From Lama glama (Eukaryota), in the NCBI GenBank assembly GCA_028534125.1, contig CM052841.1, forward strand, positions 63,178,001-63,242,000: a stretch of DNA of 64,000 bases, written 5' to 3'. The notes below the pieces were generated by a model, which saw only the letters and a program-made list of their open reading frames with translations, searched no databases and was not told the origin of the DNA. Positions 1 to 12,900 of this stretch are shown one piece after another. The translations under genes and the position numbers were made by a program. Within the stretch, counting starts at the first letter, position 1, and each line of letters opens with the position of its first letter.

Positions 1-1826
1 CATCTTGAAAATGGAGCTAGTGGTGAAGTTCTCAGGGTCTGTCAGTCTTCTTCCCTCCAAATTCCTGGCACAGCCAGCCCCGTCACGGGGTAGAGAGCAG
101 TGACTTGGCAGAAATGAAAGTCTGCTAGCAACCAAATGAGGTTAGCAGAGGCAGGAAGGGCTGGGCTGGGTGGCTGGGATCTGGAACACACAGAGCTAGG
201 CCACACCCACCCGTTTGTCCGTTTGTCCATCCATCCACCCACCCAGACATTCAGCATGTATTTAGTAAGCACCTACTGTGTGCAAGGCACTATGGAGGGG
301 GCTGGGCATGAGGTCCCTGCCTCTTCCATCCTCTCCCTCTTCCCACGACCCCCACACTTTCTCTTGAGGAGTGGTCGAAGGAGCACTGGATTGGGAGTCA
401 AGGTAGAACTCAGACCCACCTGGTGGCCCCTCTGTGCCTTGGCTGGGCTAACAAAAACCATGTTGAGGGCCTGGCTCCCAGTATGTCGTCCATCCAGTCC
501 TGCAGTCCCCGTGAGGCAAGATGAGGAAACAGAGACCAGGACTCACCCAGGGTCCCACAGCCGGGAGGTTGTGCCTGTTCCAAGCCTCAAAGTTGCAGAT
601 CTGAGGATCCTGCGGAGAAACCAGGCCATGGGGTGAGGACTAAGTCCTTACCTTTCCCTCAGTTGGTGGCTTTGGCTGCCCCTTTGCCCATACCCAGTGG
701 CAGCTGATGCCCGGGGAGGTCATCAGGGTGACCTCAGCCTCCACACTAGCCCCTGAGCCAGCCCAGGCAGGGGCCAGGCCTCCTTTCTAGAGCCTTGCGC
801 TCCGTCAGTCAGCTGTGAGGGCAGGCAGGGCAGCCTCCCTTGCGGCTGAGAGCACAGGGTTTGTAAGGCCTCGGTCCCAGCCCAGCTGTTGCCCACGAGC
901 CCTGTGCTCTGGTGCAGGCTGAGCCTCAGGGTCCCTATCTGGAAGATGGGCATCTCGGCAGTTCAGTAGGAGCCCCGCAGGCCAGACACTGTGCTGGACC
1001 CACCCACTGAGGCTTTGAGGAGGTGGGCAACACCTCTTCTGCACCCTTCAGTCTTCCAGGCCCTGCCACGTTTCTTGGCCACAGTGACGACGCTGAGCCA
1101 CCTGGCAGGACACCACAGCATGACCACACCCAAGGCCTTACAGAATTTTTGACTTGGAGACGTGAGATCCCAGTCCACCTGGGCCTGGGGCCAAGAGCCA
1201 CACTTTATGGCAAGGAAAGAGCACAGTGGATGCAGCACAGCGGCCACTGGTCTGACCCTAGAGCAACAGGCCTGATGGAATGCTGGGGCATCTGGCTCGT
1301 GTGACACCTGGTGCCCAGAACCCACAGCCAGTCAATGGTACCCCTAACAAGGACACACAGTCCAGGAACAAGCTGTGGAAATAGGATTGCGGCCCCTCCA
1401 TCACTTCCGGTGCCTCGCCTGAAGATTTATACTTCTCCTCCCTGCAACTTAAGACATTGTCACATAAGAGGTCCTGGTTACCTGGGACTGGTGTAGGGGA
1501 GGGTGCCATTGGGCACAGAATGGGTCCCACTGAACTCAAAGCTGTGACTGCCCTCTGAGCACTGTGGAGCCCTCATGCCAGGGACCAGCCCTGGGACATC
1601 TCTGATTCCCCGTATGGGGTACCCCTCCCCCACCAGGAACTGACTTTTGGGTACCCGGACGCCGTAACGGTGAACTCAGGGATGCGAGTCGGTGCTGGCT
1701 CTCTGTCCTATCCTGTTTCACTCTCCCCTCTCCCCCATCCCTTGCTCTTGTCCCTGCGTCTATACTCCCAGACATGTATTTCAGCCTTTATTTTAGCCTG
1801 CTCTGGGGGAACCCAGACCAAACAGG

Positions 1827-2212
1827 TGTTACGGGCTGAACTATGTCCCTACCCCTGCCCCGAAGTTTACAGGTTGAAGTCCAAACCCCCAGTACCTTAG
1901 AGGTGACTGCGTTTGAACACAGGGTCTTTAAAGAGGTAATTAAGTTCAAATGAGGTCATCAGGGTGGGCCCTAATCCAAGGACTGGTATCCCTCTAACAA
2001 GAGGAAATTAGGACCCAGACACACACACAGGAAGGACCACATGAAGACACAGACATCTACAATTACAAACCAAGGAGACAGAGGCCTCAGAGGAACCAAC
2101 TCTGCCAATGACTTGCTCTTGGGTTTCCAGTCTCCAGAACTGTGAGAAAATAAATTTCTGTTGTTTAAGCCACTGGGTCTGTGGTGTGTTGTCATGGCGG
2201 CTCAGAGATACA
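1827..2212 (+). mobile_element. MaLR solo LTR (MLT1-type)
   Basis: Starts with TGT. Contains typical MLT1 blocks: gggtctttaaagaggtaattaagtt, aatgaggtcatcagggtgggccctaatcca and ctccagaactgtgagaaaataaatttctgttgtttaagccac. Confidence 0.85.
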
Positions 2213-2609
2213 CACGGTGTTCTGTTATCACCCCCATTCTACAACCAAAGAGGCGGAGGCTTTGAGAGGCAAGGACTCACCCAGGGTCACACAGCTAGTG
2301 AGCAGCAGAGCCCAAATGCAAACAGGGTCTTTGGGCAGCCGAGTGCAGGCGCTCCATGCTAGGAATGCTAGGAGTGCAGTCAGTCTTCAGACCCCCTGGC
2401 CCGGCATCCCCAGCTCCTCTCCCAGGTCTGGGAAGCCCCTCCTTCCAGCCAGGCCCACCCCTCCTTCTCCAGCTTTGACGGCACTGGCCTTGGGAGGCTC
2501 CCTCTAGCTCCCACCTCTGGGCCTCTGGCTCAGCTGTTGCTGCAGCGCTGAGCTCTGCCAGCTGATTCCCTCCTTCCTCTCCTCTGAAGTCTCTCCTCCA
2601 GCAGCTTTA

Positions 2610-2632
2610 AACACACACACACACACACACAC
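2610..2632. repeat. (CA)n microsatellite
   Basis: Seen directly in the sequence. Confidence 0.95.
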
Positions 2633-3299
2633 TCAGTGCTCACCCCCTTTTGACAGCCGCTCTCGGGCTCTCTCTACCACCTTCCTTAATGCCTGCTGCA
2701 GACTAGTGCAGAGGGGCTTTGGGACACTCTCTGAAAACCATGCCCCCATTGCTCCCTGTGTTCCAGTTGCCTGGGTGATCTCACTGACTCCTATCCCCTG
2801 CAGCAGGGACTAGTAGCATCTCCATTTTCTATATGAGGAACCAAGGCCCAGAGAGGGGTAGGGCTCTGCCTAAGGATGCACAGCGAGTGCAGTGGTGGGG
2901 CTGGGATTCATCCCTAGTCCCAAGACCCAGCTCTCCCCAGCAGAGGCCAAATGCAAAAAATGGAATTAATCCCAAAGTGTTGTGGCTGATGCAGGCCCTT
3001 CTGTGAGAGCAGGCTGTGATGCGGGGCAGAGGGCGGGACCAGGCATGTGCACCCAGAGGTCATTCCCCTCCCCGCCACTGCCCTGATCTTCTCCCCGTGG
3101 GCGCTCCAAACTCCTCGAAGGACAAGCACGAACCTCCACCCAGCCCATGCTCCCTCCCATGTGGCTGCCTGACCCTCGGGCATGAGGATGCTCTGCAGAG
3201 ACCCTCAAAGACTCCCACTCTGTGGGGAGGGGATGCTGACACAGGCCAACCTTTCAGGCACCTCCTATGTGCCTGGCTCTTTGCCGTGTTGTAGCCGTG

Positions 3300-3830
3300 G
3301 AAGGCGGAGCCAGGCCAGGCTTGACCTCCCACAGCACATCATCTAATGGGGGAAACACGCAATGATCCTACAGGCAGCTGGAACTTTCTAATCACAACAA
3401 ACGCTGGGAGGGAAAGGCGGTCAATAATGGGATGATTTGACCCAGTCTAAGGAGAGGTTACGGAGGGCTTCCCAGAGGGGGTGGCCCATGAGCGGAGATC
3501 TGAAGAATGAGGGGGAGTAACCCAGCTAAAGAGGAAGGGAACAGCATGGCAGCTTGAGGGAACGGCATGTGTTATTCAAAGGACCTGTACAGGGAGGGAC
3601 ACGGAGAGAAGCGGCAGGGACAGGGCCCATGAAATGGAGCCAGTGGAGGATTCAGATGAGGCTGGAAAGGCTCCCAAGGGCTGGGGTGGGTAGGGCCCCG
3701 TGAGCCACGTTACAGACTCTTGTCTGGCAGATATCTGTGTTTTGAGCCCCCGCGCCAGCAGGGTGTGGTGGAGTGGGGTCAAAGCACAGAAGCAGGCAAA
3801 AAGCGCGAGGCTGGCGGTGTGTCCAGGTGA
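3300..3830 (-). mobile_element. LINE-2 fragment (old)
   Basis: The segment ggagggcttcccagagggg...gatctgaagaatgagggggagt...gggaacagcatg resembles the antisense L2 3' region. Confidence 0.5.
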
Positions 3831-4954
3831 GAGGACTTGGGGATATGTTAGCTGGTGTGAATATTAAAACACAAAACAAACAAACAAAAAACAAAACCCA
3901 AGACTCAGCACAGCAGCGACAATATTATCCAGCCCTGATTTCAAACCGGGAGGGACCTTGGAGATTCTTGGTTTGTGGACACACAGTTTTACACGTGAGA
4001 GAGGAAGTGCTTTACCCCCAAGTGAGTCTCCTGGTTCGTTCATTTAACAGTTTTTGAGCACCTACTAGGTGCCAGACACTGTGCTAAGGGCTGGGGACAG
4101 AAAAATGAGCAAGACAGACCTGGCCCACTGCATCAAGGATACGCTGAGGCCAAACCTGCATGGTTCTCAGTGCAGGACGGCTACAGGGATGGAGGGAGGG
4201 TAGGCATGGGATGATGATGACAAAATTATACTTACTGAGCATTTTCCATCGCAGACACTGTGTCAAACCTGTGAATATGATCTCATTAATTGCTACAAGG
4301 CTACAAGGAAGTGTTGTGGTACCATTTTACAGATGGCAGGATTAAGGGTCAGAGAGGTGGCACAACCTCCCTCAGCCAGGCATGAGTGAGGGACAGGGCA
4401 GGCTGTCCGGGCTAAGGGACCAGACCAACCCCCCCACCACTACCCCAGCTTGTCCTCCTCCCCAGGACCCAGGCCAGAGCTGGGAGGATGGTGCGGGGGT
4501 GGGGTGGGTTGCCTGGAGAAGTAACGCTTGGCTTGGTGTCCCCTGGGGACACTGGGAGGACTCTACCCCTTCCCCCATTCAGTGGAGGGGCCCGGCCTGG
4601 GGGATGGAGGTCATGGGGAGGTCAGGGAGGAAGGAAGGAGCAGAATGTGTCAGGCATTGAAGGCTGCAGGCATCTGCCTTCCTTCTCCCCCTCTCTACTC
4701 TCCCCTCCCCCTCCAACAGCAAGGCAACCTCTACAAGTCTGAGTCCACTGTCTATGCAAGGTAGAGGGGACTAGCTTGGGGAGTGGAGCCCTCTGGCCTT
4801 CCCCTGCACCAGCCCCACTCCAGGGCACAGTCTTGGCTCCACCACCATCCCCGATCACCAACTACAGGAACACACGTGCTGCACACCCCTCCTACATCGA
4901 GCAAGCATTCATGTGCACGTGATCGCAGCCTCCTTGCTCATGCACCCAGACATA

Positions 4955-5530
4955 TGCACTCATTCATTTATTCATTCATTCATTCAACAAAGTTCTGAGC
5001 ATCTGCTCTGGGCTAGACATCGTGCTGGGTGCTGGTGACAGGGCACAGCAAGGCATTCTAGGTTCCTGTCCTCAGACCAGGACCTCAGAGGGAAGAAGGA
5101 TGGTCACGAGGGATTACTGCACCTTGTGGTTAGTGCTGAGACTGGGGGAGCACATGGGAGGGAGGTGCCACTAGGTCAAAGGGGAGGATAATCATCCCAG
5201 TGGGGGTAGCAGTCAGGGAAGGCTTCCTGGAGGAGGTGATAGCTTACCAAAGAATGAGTAGGAGCTAGTCAGTGAGGAGGAAAAGGGAAAAGTGTTCCAG
5301 ACAGAGGGAACAGCATGGGTGAAGGCCTGGACTCCCACAGGAACATGGCCCACTTAAGGGATAGAGAGGAGGCAGGCAGGGCTGGATCTGAGGGTACAAG
5401 TAGGGGAGTTGGGGAAGCTGAGATGCTGCAAGAGCTAGAAGGTGCTGGGCCCTGTAGGCTATGGTAAAGATTTGAATTTCTCCCTGAGGCTACAGGGGGC
5501 TGTGAGCAGGGGAGTGCCAGGTCAAAGGTG
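4955..5530 (-). mobile_element. LINE-2 3' fragment
   Basis: (CATT)n L2 tail, then gggaaggcttcctggaggaggtga and gtgttccagacagagggaacagcatg. Confidence 0.7.
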
Positions 5531-5734
5531 AGTTTCAGAATGCTCATCCAGGCTGCATATACGCCTGAACACAGGTCCCAGCACACACGCACACCTGCGC
5601 ATGCGCATTTGTATGTGCATACCTGCCCCCACCCACGCACCCACCCAGGACACACGCAGGGATACACCTATGTGCCTGGCCCTGTGCTGAGCTCTTCACA
5701 AACACAGCATCCGGTCTGGCCCTACAGGTAAGTT

Positions 5735-5860
5735 CTACCTACTCTCCGCATTTTACAGGAGAGGAAATTGAGGCTCGGAGAGGTGCAGAGTCTTGTCCAG
5801 AGACTCACATGTTGGCTCAGCAGAAGCGGCGCCCAGGACCCCGTCTCCAGGCTGAGCTTG
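5735..5860 (-). mobile_element. MIR SINE fragment
   Basis: MIR core cattttacaggagaggaaattgaggctcggagagg. Confidence 0.7.
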
Positions 5861-5989
5861 TGACCACCACACTCTGAGGACCCCTGGTGAAGAGAGGCAG
5901 CGGCAGACAGCAGCTGAGGGGAGCCCTTCTTTCTGGAACAGCAGGGCTGGCTAAGACCTGGGAGAAAAGCTGGTGCAACCCCTCTGGAC

Positions 5990-6295
5990 CGGTTTCTTGT
6001 TGCTGCTGCGACAAATAACCACAAAGTTCGTGGTTTAAACAGCACAAATTTGTTCTCCTAAGAGTCTGGCAGTCAGAAGCCCAAAGTCAGAGTCTCAGCA
6101 GGGCTGTGTTCCTTCTGTGGGTCTAGGGGACAATCTGTTTCCTTGCTTTGTTCAGCTTCTTGAGGCTGCCCACATTCCTTGGTTTGTGGCCCCATCCTCC
6201 TTTTTCAAAGCCAGGAGCACAGCACCTTCCAGCCTCTCTTTCTAACTCTGACCTTCCTGCTTATCTTGTGATTACACTGGGCCCACCCCCACCAG
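5990..6295 (-). mobile_element. MaLR LTR (MLT1D-like) fragment
   Basis: gctgctgcgacaaataaccacaaa...gtggtttaaacagcacaaattt...gaggctgcccacattccttggtttgtggcccc. Confidence 0.8.
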
Positions 6296-7019
6296 CCTGA
6301 CTGTAAACCCCCGGGGGGCTTGGCAGTGCTTCTCCCACATCCTTCCTCCCCCACCCTCCACACACCGCCCGGGTTAGGCCCGGGTCCACCACTGCTGCCT
6401 AGAAGACAGGGAGTCCTGTCCAGGCTTCCTGGGAAGGGGCCAGGATGCCCCTGAGGTCTCAGGCTCTCTGGGCTCTGGTCCGAGCCCCACCCCTCCTCCC
6501 TTGCCAGGGGTAAGAGACGGCTAAGGAGGAGCTGAAGTTCGAATGGGTGGGGACCCGTAAGACCTGTACGAATTCCCCTAGGCCCGACTGGTGCCTCCAG
6601 CTCTGGGGGAATGGTGCCAGGAGCCAATTAGCTGGGCCCCACCAGGCTCTGGACCTCTTTCCTGGCGGCGGCGAACAGGAGGGGGGTTCTAGGACCTGTG
6701 CCCAAGGGCATTCCAGGGAGCTTGGAGCGGAGAGTCCCTACTCTGCCATGTCCCTGCTGGGCCACCTGTGGGGAGTCCCACTCCCTCTCTGGGCCCCAGG
6801 GGCCCATTGGGAAGATGGAGATAATCTTGGAGCCCTCCTCCTGGGTTACGTGGGGATTCAGCGCAGCTGGTGGCGCAGGTACTCCATATTAAGAACAGTC
6901 CAAACCTGCGAAGTAGCCAGACATAGGCCTTCACTTACCATGAAAACAGCAATGTCTCCACCGGGATCCTAGAGAGAAGGTGACACACAGCGGAGCTGCT
7001 GCCCTCCTGCCGCTCAGCT

Positions 7020-7420
7020 GACCTCTAACGTGAGCAAGAGGCAGAGCTTTGTGGTTGCGAGACCGCCGCGATATGGAGGTTGGTTGTTACCAGAGCATAA
7101 CTAAGTGGGACCCGACTAACACGTTTTCTCTCCCAGCTGGATCCACTTCCGGCGGATACACTCACTGTCTGCCTTCCTCCTGACCCGCTGCTTCTGCAGG
7201 AACCCCAGAGAGGAGGAAAGTTAAGGAACCCGCGACCCAAGCGGGAAAAACCAGGAAGTGAGCTGGCTCCGCCTTCTCCTTCAATCCCCACATTTCATTG
7301 GTTATTGGCGTCAGGTGATTCTACCTGGAGTCTAGGGCTCCTCCCCTTAGTGACTGGCCCCGCCCCCACGCCGGCCCCAAGCCTTTTTCCTGCCCTCCCA
7401 GAACGCCATGCTTGGTGAGT
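7020..7420 (+). promoter_or_regulatory. Orphan promoter-like / candidate exon element
   Basis: ETS sites at 7144-7152 and 7252-7260, two ATTGG (CCAAT) at 7297-7308, a GC box at 7356-7367, 3' splice sites ending at 7136 and 7199, and a GTGAGT donor at 7415. Confidence 0.45.
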
Positions 7421-7451
7421 ATAATGTCTGCACCCCGATGATTAGAGCACA

Positions 7452-7925
7452 GTAGGATTCCTTAAACTGGGGTATGACATGGGTAGAATTCAGGGTGTTC
7501 ATGAACTTGGATGGGAAAAAGATTACATCTTCAATTTCCCTACCCTGTAACCATATCCAGTTTAGCATTTCCTTCAGTGATGAACATACCCAGCACGCCC
7601 TGTATTCAGCAGTACCTGCAGCTTTGTTCCCAGTAGAAATTGCTGGTATCTTCAGATCACATCAAAGTTGATGCAGACTTCTCAAAATCTCACTCATCCC
7701 TCCTCCATTTTAGACCCGCTGCCGAGTCTTAATGGTTAATAGAGAAGCACATTTATCATTTCATCACAACTGTGGCTTTTAAAAATATCTTGATAGCTGT
7801 ATTTCAAATCAACTGGCTTCCAGTATAATCCTATGTATTTGTGATACATTTACAAACAAGACAGGGTGTGGAGGGGTCACCAAATGCCCCAGTGGTCCAT
7901 GGCACAGAAAAGTCATGACCTCCTG
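7452..7925. mobile_element. hAT-Charlie-type non-autonomous DNA transposon (MER113/MER119-like)
   Basis: AT-rich interior with recalled consensus blocks tagaattcagggtgttcatgaacttggatgggaaaaa and ggtccatggcacagaaaagt...cctg, plus degenerate termini. The exact subfamily is uncertain. Confidence 0.6.
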
Positions 7926-8899
7926 CTGTAGGGAGAAGAATTGGGACTTTGGGTACTTGGAGAAGCAGGGCCAGAAGCGCAGCTGGGAGGCCTGCAGGGA
8001 ATCTGTCAGGGGCCCGGTAGGTGGGTGCCTGGTGTTCAGGTGGGGCTGGTTGGGGAGAGAATGGGGCTCTCTGGTTGTCCGGGCCTCTCTCCCTGAGGGA
8101 TGGCGCCTCAAGGCTGGAGTCTGGGCCTTTCCAGGGCCTCCTCTCTCTGCACCAAACCCAGGCTGAGTAGGAAAAAGTCCCCAGGAAGAGCTCCTTGGCA
8201 GAGATGCCCCAGGGGGAGGCAGCCACCACCCAAGGGAGATGCTGGAGAATTCCTGGTGAGGCAACATCCCTGGCTCCTGCAGGGCCAGGCAAGAGCCTAG
8301 CCCACCCCCAGACTCTCCTGCCTGCTCCCCCAGGGTCAGCACACCTCAAGAGCCAGAGGCTTGGGCAGGGCCACCCCAGCATCATGCTGCCCTGGAAAGA
8401 TCTTCTTTTTCACACTTGTTTAGTCCCAGTTTTTGAAGGAGGCTAGGGGCTGCCACCACTTCCCTCCTCTGCCTTGGCTCTCTGGCACCCTCCATCACCC
8501 CAGCTCAGGGTCGCAGGTTCCTTTACTTTGCTCCTCTCTGGGGCTCCTGCAGAAGAAGGAGGTCAGGAGGAGGGCAGACAGTGAGTGTTTCCTCTGTAAG
8601 TGGATCCAGTGGATCCCTGCCCATCCTTCCCCCTCAGTGGCAAAATCCCCTGCTCCGTCCAGGAGCTGACCTCTCTGAGTCCCCTCGCATCAGGCCAGGC
8701 TCAGTCCTGGAGGCCACAGCCCAGGCCCTGAGACAGTCCAAGAGGGTGGAGCTCACACTGAGTGGGGAATCCACACTGAGGGGGGACCTCACATTGGGGG
8801 GTGCCCAGCCACTTGTGGGGCACACAGAGATGAGCAAATTCGGTCACATCACAAATTCCTTCTGCAGCAATTTAGCAGGCACTACAGAGGAGCAGAGAT

Positions 8900-9095
8900 G
8901 TATCAGCTCTGGAGTCAGATGGCCCTAGGTTCAAATCCCAGACCCACTCCTTACCAGCTAGATGGCCTTGGTCAGGTGATTTGGCCAATACTGTTCCTCA
9001 GTTTCACTGCCTTGATGATTATTACGAGGATTATCAAATGCCTGCAAAGTAAAGTAGTAAATACATGTCATTATGCCCATTATCATTATTATTAC
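8900..9095 (+). mobile_element. MIR SINE
   Basis: ctctggagtcagatggccctaggttcaaatccca...ccttggtcaggtgattt...cctcagtttc. Confidence 0.7.
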
Positions 9096-9149
9096 TGTTA
9101 TAAGCCAGGAGATGGGCACGGTGACACAGGCTGCTAGGTCTCTTTTCTC

Positions 9150-9600
9150 CTCTTCCATAAAAATAGTAACTCCCATCCTTAGCTGGGCACATGGCCGCCT
9201 GGCCTAGAGACTACACTTCTCAGCTTCCCTTGCAGCTAGATATGGTCATGTGACCAAGTTTTGGCCAATGGGATGTTGGCAAAAATACCTGGGCTCACTT
9301 CCTGGGAGTTTCCTTAAAGGACAACTGGGACACCGCCTCCCTTTTTTCTCCTTTCTGGAATTAGAATGTGAGCGTGGAGGCTGGAGCTGGAGCAGCCATT
9401 GTGCACTGTGAGGTTGCAGCTGCATATTGCGGATGGCAGAGCAACAAGGCAGTAGGAGCCTGGGTCCCCAGTGGCCATGGACTCTCATACCAGCCCTGAC
9501 TGCCTGTATTCACTTCAGCAAGAAATTGACACTTTTCTTATTTAAACCACTATTGTTTGAAGACTTCCCTGTGTGAAGCACAACCAAATCCTTTTCAACA
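9150..9600 (+). mobile_element. ERVL solo LTR (LTR16/LTR33-like)
   Basis: Hallmark block ctacacttctcagcttcccttgcagctagatatggtcatgtgaccaagttttggccaatggga. Confidence 0.75.
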
Positions 9601-10539
9601 CAGAGATGCTGTGCTAAGGCAGACACACAGCCCCTGCCTCCCAGGGACCTCAGCTGAGAGTGAAGTCGCGGAGGATCCATAACCATGTAAACAATGAAGG
9701 AAGTAATTGCAGTAGTGAAGGAAGTGAAACGAGGCAATGGTGAACCATATGGGGAGTGGAGGAGGCACTGACTGACTGACTGGGAGGACAGCATCCACGG
9801 GAGGGCCTCCTGGAGGAGGGAACAGCTGAGCTGAGATCTGACAGATGGAGGAGCGGAGGAGAGGAAAAGGGATGGAGATGGCCCCCATCCTGCCAGGAGC
9901 ACAAGCCTGGGGTGGAGTCAGGTAGGTGGTCCTGGGCCCCTAACCCAGCCCTGCCTCTTCCATGCTGTGAGACCCAGGCAAGCTATTTCTCTCTCTGAGA
10001 CAAAGTGCTCAGCAACTACCTGGCACACAGTAGGCATTCAGTGAAAGATGGCTGTTTTCGAAGACATAGGTGAACCGTGTGTGAAATCATAGAGGGGGCC
10101 GGGCGGGGGTGGGGTGCAGGAATAAGGGAATGGTCTGGAAGTCTTCACAGTAGAGGGAACATTTAGACTGGGTCCTGAGGGATGGAGGAGTGTGACCCAG
10201 ATGGGGAAAGAAAAGGCCTTCTAGGAGAATGGGTCACACATGCTTTCTACTCACTATCCACTTTGGGGCCAGCGCCACCCATCGTACCTCCTCAGAGCCT
10301 AGCTTCTGGGTCTCCATTCCCGCCTCTGGTCAGTCCATTCCAGGTGGGGTCTGAAATCCAGGCTGAGATTTTCTTCTAACCTCAGCTTAATCCCTGCTGT
10401 TTCTCGTGGGTAGCACTCATTGGGTTCCCTCCACCTGGCAGTTGGGACATTCTAGGATGAATTCTGTCGGTTCTCAGGTACTGCAAAGCCCTGCTGAGAC
10501 AGGGCCCTGCCCAGACTGCTTGCTACCCGCTGGCCTCTG

Positions 10540-10910
10540 CTACACTTAGGTTCTCTTCCCTCCTCCAGAAAGTCCTTCCTCTCTCTCCCTCTCACACAAT
10601 CCAGCCCATGCACTGTTCCCTCTGCCTCCTTACTCTGCCCTTCCTACCACTCACTCTCACCTGCCCTGGCTTTTGCTTTCAATTCAGTCGTGCCACTTCC
10701 TCCAGGAAGCCTTCCCTGATATCTGGGTTAGAGCCTTTTCACTAAACTGTCTGTAGTTCCATCATCATAGCCTGTATTACTGAGTCTATTGGATTCGTGT
10801 CTGTTTCCCCCACTAAATGATGAATCTCTCTTGTCCACAGAGGTATCCACAGTACTTAGCTCAGGGTTAGGACAAAATAAGTGATCAGCAAACATGTATT
10901 AAAGGAAGGA
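10540..10910 (+). mobile_element. LINE-2 3' fragment
   Basis: cacttcctccaggaagccttccctga...tgtctgtttcccccacta...cagtacttagctcaggg. Confidence 0.6.
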
Positions 10911-11337
10911 AGTAGGAGAATTAGTCCAAATCCCCAGGAAAGATAAGAAAACAGGCTGAGAGCTTTGGCCCAGGCGGCGGTCAGGTCTCCTGCCCCCGGG
11001 GTGAGCTCTCCATTCCCTCTCCCCTCTGCCTAACCCAGCAGAGAGCAGGCTTGGTGTGGGGTGGTAGTGGGGGCAGTGGGCATGGTGGCAGGGGGCTGCA
11101 GACAGAATACCCAACACCCTGGGGAGGCAGAAAGCTGGAGCTGGTTGGGAGGGGAGGCTGAAGCTCACATCTGGTTTGGCCCACCCAGGCCGCAGTGCCT
11201 GTGGGCAGCGCATCCACCCCACAGCCCGCTAACCGCCCCCCTCCGCCTCCCGAGGGCCCCTTTCAGGGCTGCCCTTGGATGTGTGTGCACGTACAGCCAG
11301 TTATATGGTGCTGTGTGCATCTAAACATCAGGTCTCC

Positions 11338-11483
11338 GGGGGAGGGTATAGTTCAGTGGTAGAATGCATGCCTAGCATGCACGAGGTCCTGGGTTCAATC
11401 CCTAGTATGTATCTCCATTAAAAAAAATAAATAAATGAATGAATAACCTAATTAAGTCCCCCCTCAAAAAAGAATAAAATAAA
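11338..11483 (+). mobile_element. tRNA-derived SINE, camelid Vic-1-like
   Basis: A/B-box head ggggagggtatagttcagtggtaga...gtcctgggttcaatccc and an A-rich tail. Diverged TSD: taaacatcaggtct (11322-11335) / taaacatcaattct (11484-11497). Confidence 0.85.
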
Positions 11484-12379
11484 TAAACATCAATTCTTGA
11501 GACATAACATTGAAACCTATCTTGAGGCTTGCAGCCAATTTTGTTCCTGTGTTTAATATACGGAAACCTCCCAAAACGATGGTGCCTGGACCCTCTCAGC
11601 CTCCCAGGAGGCCTCGAGTGAAGGTAGTCCTAGGTTTGAATGTAGGCTGAGAGAGGCCCCTCTCTTTCCCGAGGCCTAGCGCTGCCAGGTCTGTCACGCC
11701 AGCTCTGGGATCTGGACCCTTCTGTGGGCCTCAGCGTCCCCCATCTGCAACCTGGAACTGAAACTCTATCCCCAGCCTGCCACTCTGGAGGTGCTGGGAG
11801 AGAAAGGTGGGGGAAATCAGCTGGGCCAGCAGAGGAGAGGGTTCAAGGAGGCAGGTATAAAGCATCACACGACCCTGGGGCAGGGAGTCAGGAGACTGGC
11901 GGGGCTGTCAGTGGTTGAGCACCTCTGCAGTGAGGGCAAGGCCCGGGCTGGAGGCGGGAGGAAGGCCACCCAGCTTTGTAACTGGAAGATAGGACACGGT
12001 ATACCACGAACCTGGGATGTGCTCTAGGAGCTTGGAATTCTCTCTGCGCCCCCTCCTCCTCCACCCCAGACCGGCGGTCCCTAAGGTTTATCATCATGAC
12101 TGCTGTTACCTTCTCCCGGTTCCCCAAGCACCTGCCCACAGCCCATCAGGCTGGGGGATGCAGGGATGCCGTCCTGGAGCTCACAGCCAGAGCCTGAGCT
12201 GCCACTGGGGGCGCTGCAGCAGGGGACCGGGAGGAGGGCACCTGGAAGGGATTGAGGCGCGGTTCTGGGAAGAGATAGAGCCCCAAATGAGGAGCTGACC
12301 CTGAAGCCTGGCAGGAAAAGGTGGGAAGGCCTTTTAGGCAGGAGGAACAGTCTGCGCTAAGGCCCGAGACAGGCCAATA

Positions 12380-12900
12380 CCTGGGAACCACACTGTCTAG
12401 CCCAGGGGTTGCGTGGGAGCCTCGCAACCAGGGGCGCAGGCAGGGCAACCGCCAACGGGGCCTTGAACGCCGAGGACAACCCGCTCCCTCGCTCCGCACC
12501 CCACCCCCACTCCAGCCTCCTCCCTTCCTCCGGGCGGTCCCGGGAAGACAGGGCGGGGCCCCGGCTGCCTTTTCAAGTCAGCCTCCCGGAGGCTCCGAGC
12601 CGGCTGGGCGCGGGGGCCGCTGCTCCTCCGCCTACATCAAAGCCCGCCGCCCCAGCCTGAACCGGTTGCGGAAGGGGCGGGCGAGCCCGGAGGGAGGCAG
12701 GTTTGGGCAGATTTCCCCTTTCATCCTGCGGCTCAGCCAACAGGGACCTCGGCGAGGCCCTGCACGTCCCTGCTGGGCATGTCCCTACAGAGCCTAGCGG
12801 CCAGGGAAGCCTGCGCGGCTCGTCCCGGCAGGGACAACCTCTATCCTGGCCGGGCTGTGCGACCTCAGGCCTGTTCTGCCCTTCTCTGTGCTTCGATTTC
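12380..12900. promoter_or_regulatory. CpG-rich island with GC boxes (orphan)
   Basis: High CpG density and gggcgggg motifs, with no recognisable gene attached. Confidence 0.55.

Noticed and set aside
11338-11410. tRNA-like sequences here and at 54341, 58079 and 58201
   Set aside because: They have AT-rich tails, TSDs and mutated stems, so they are SINE heads rather than tRNA genes.
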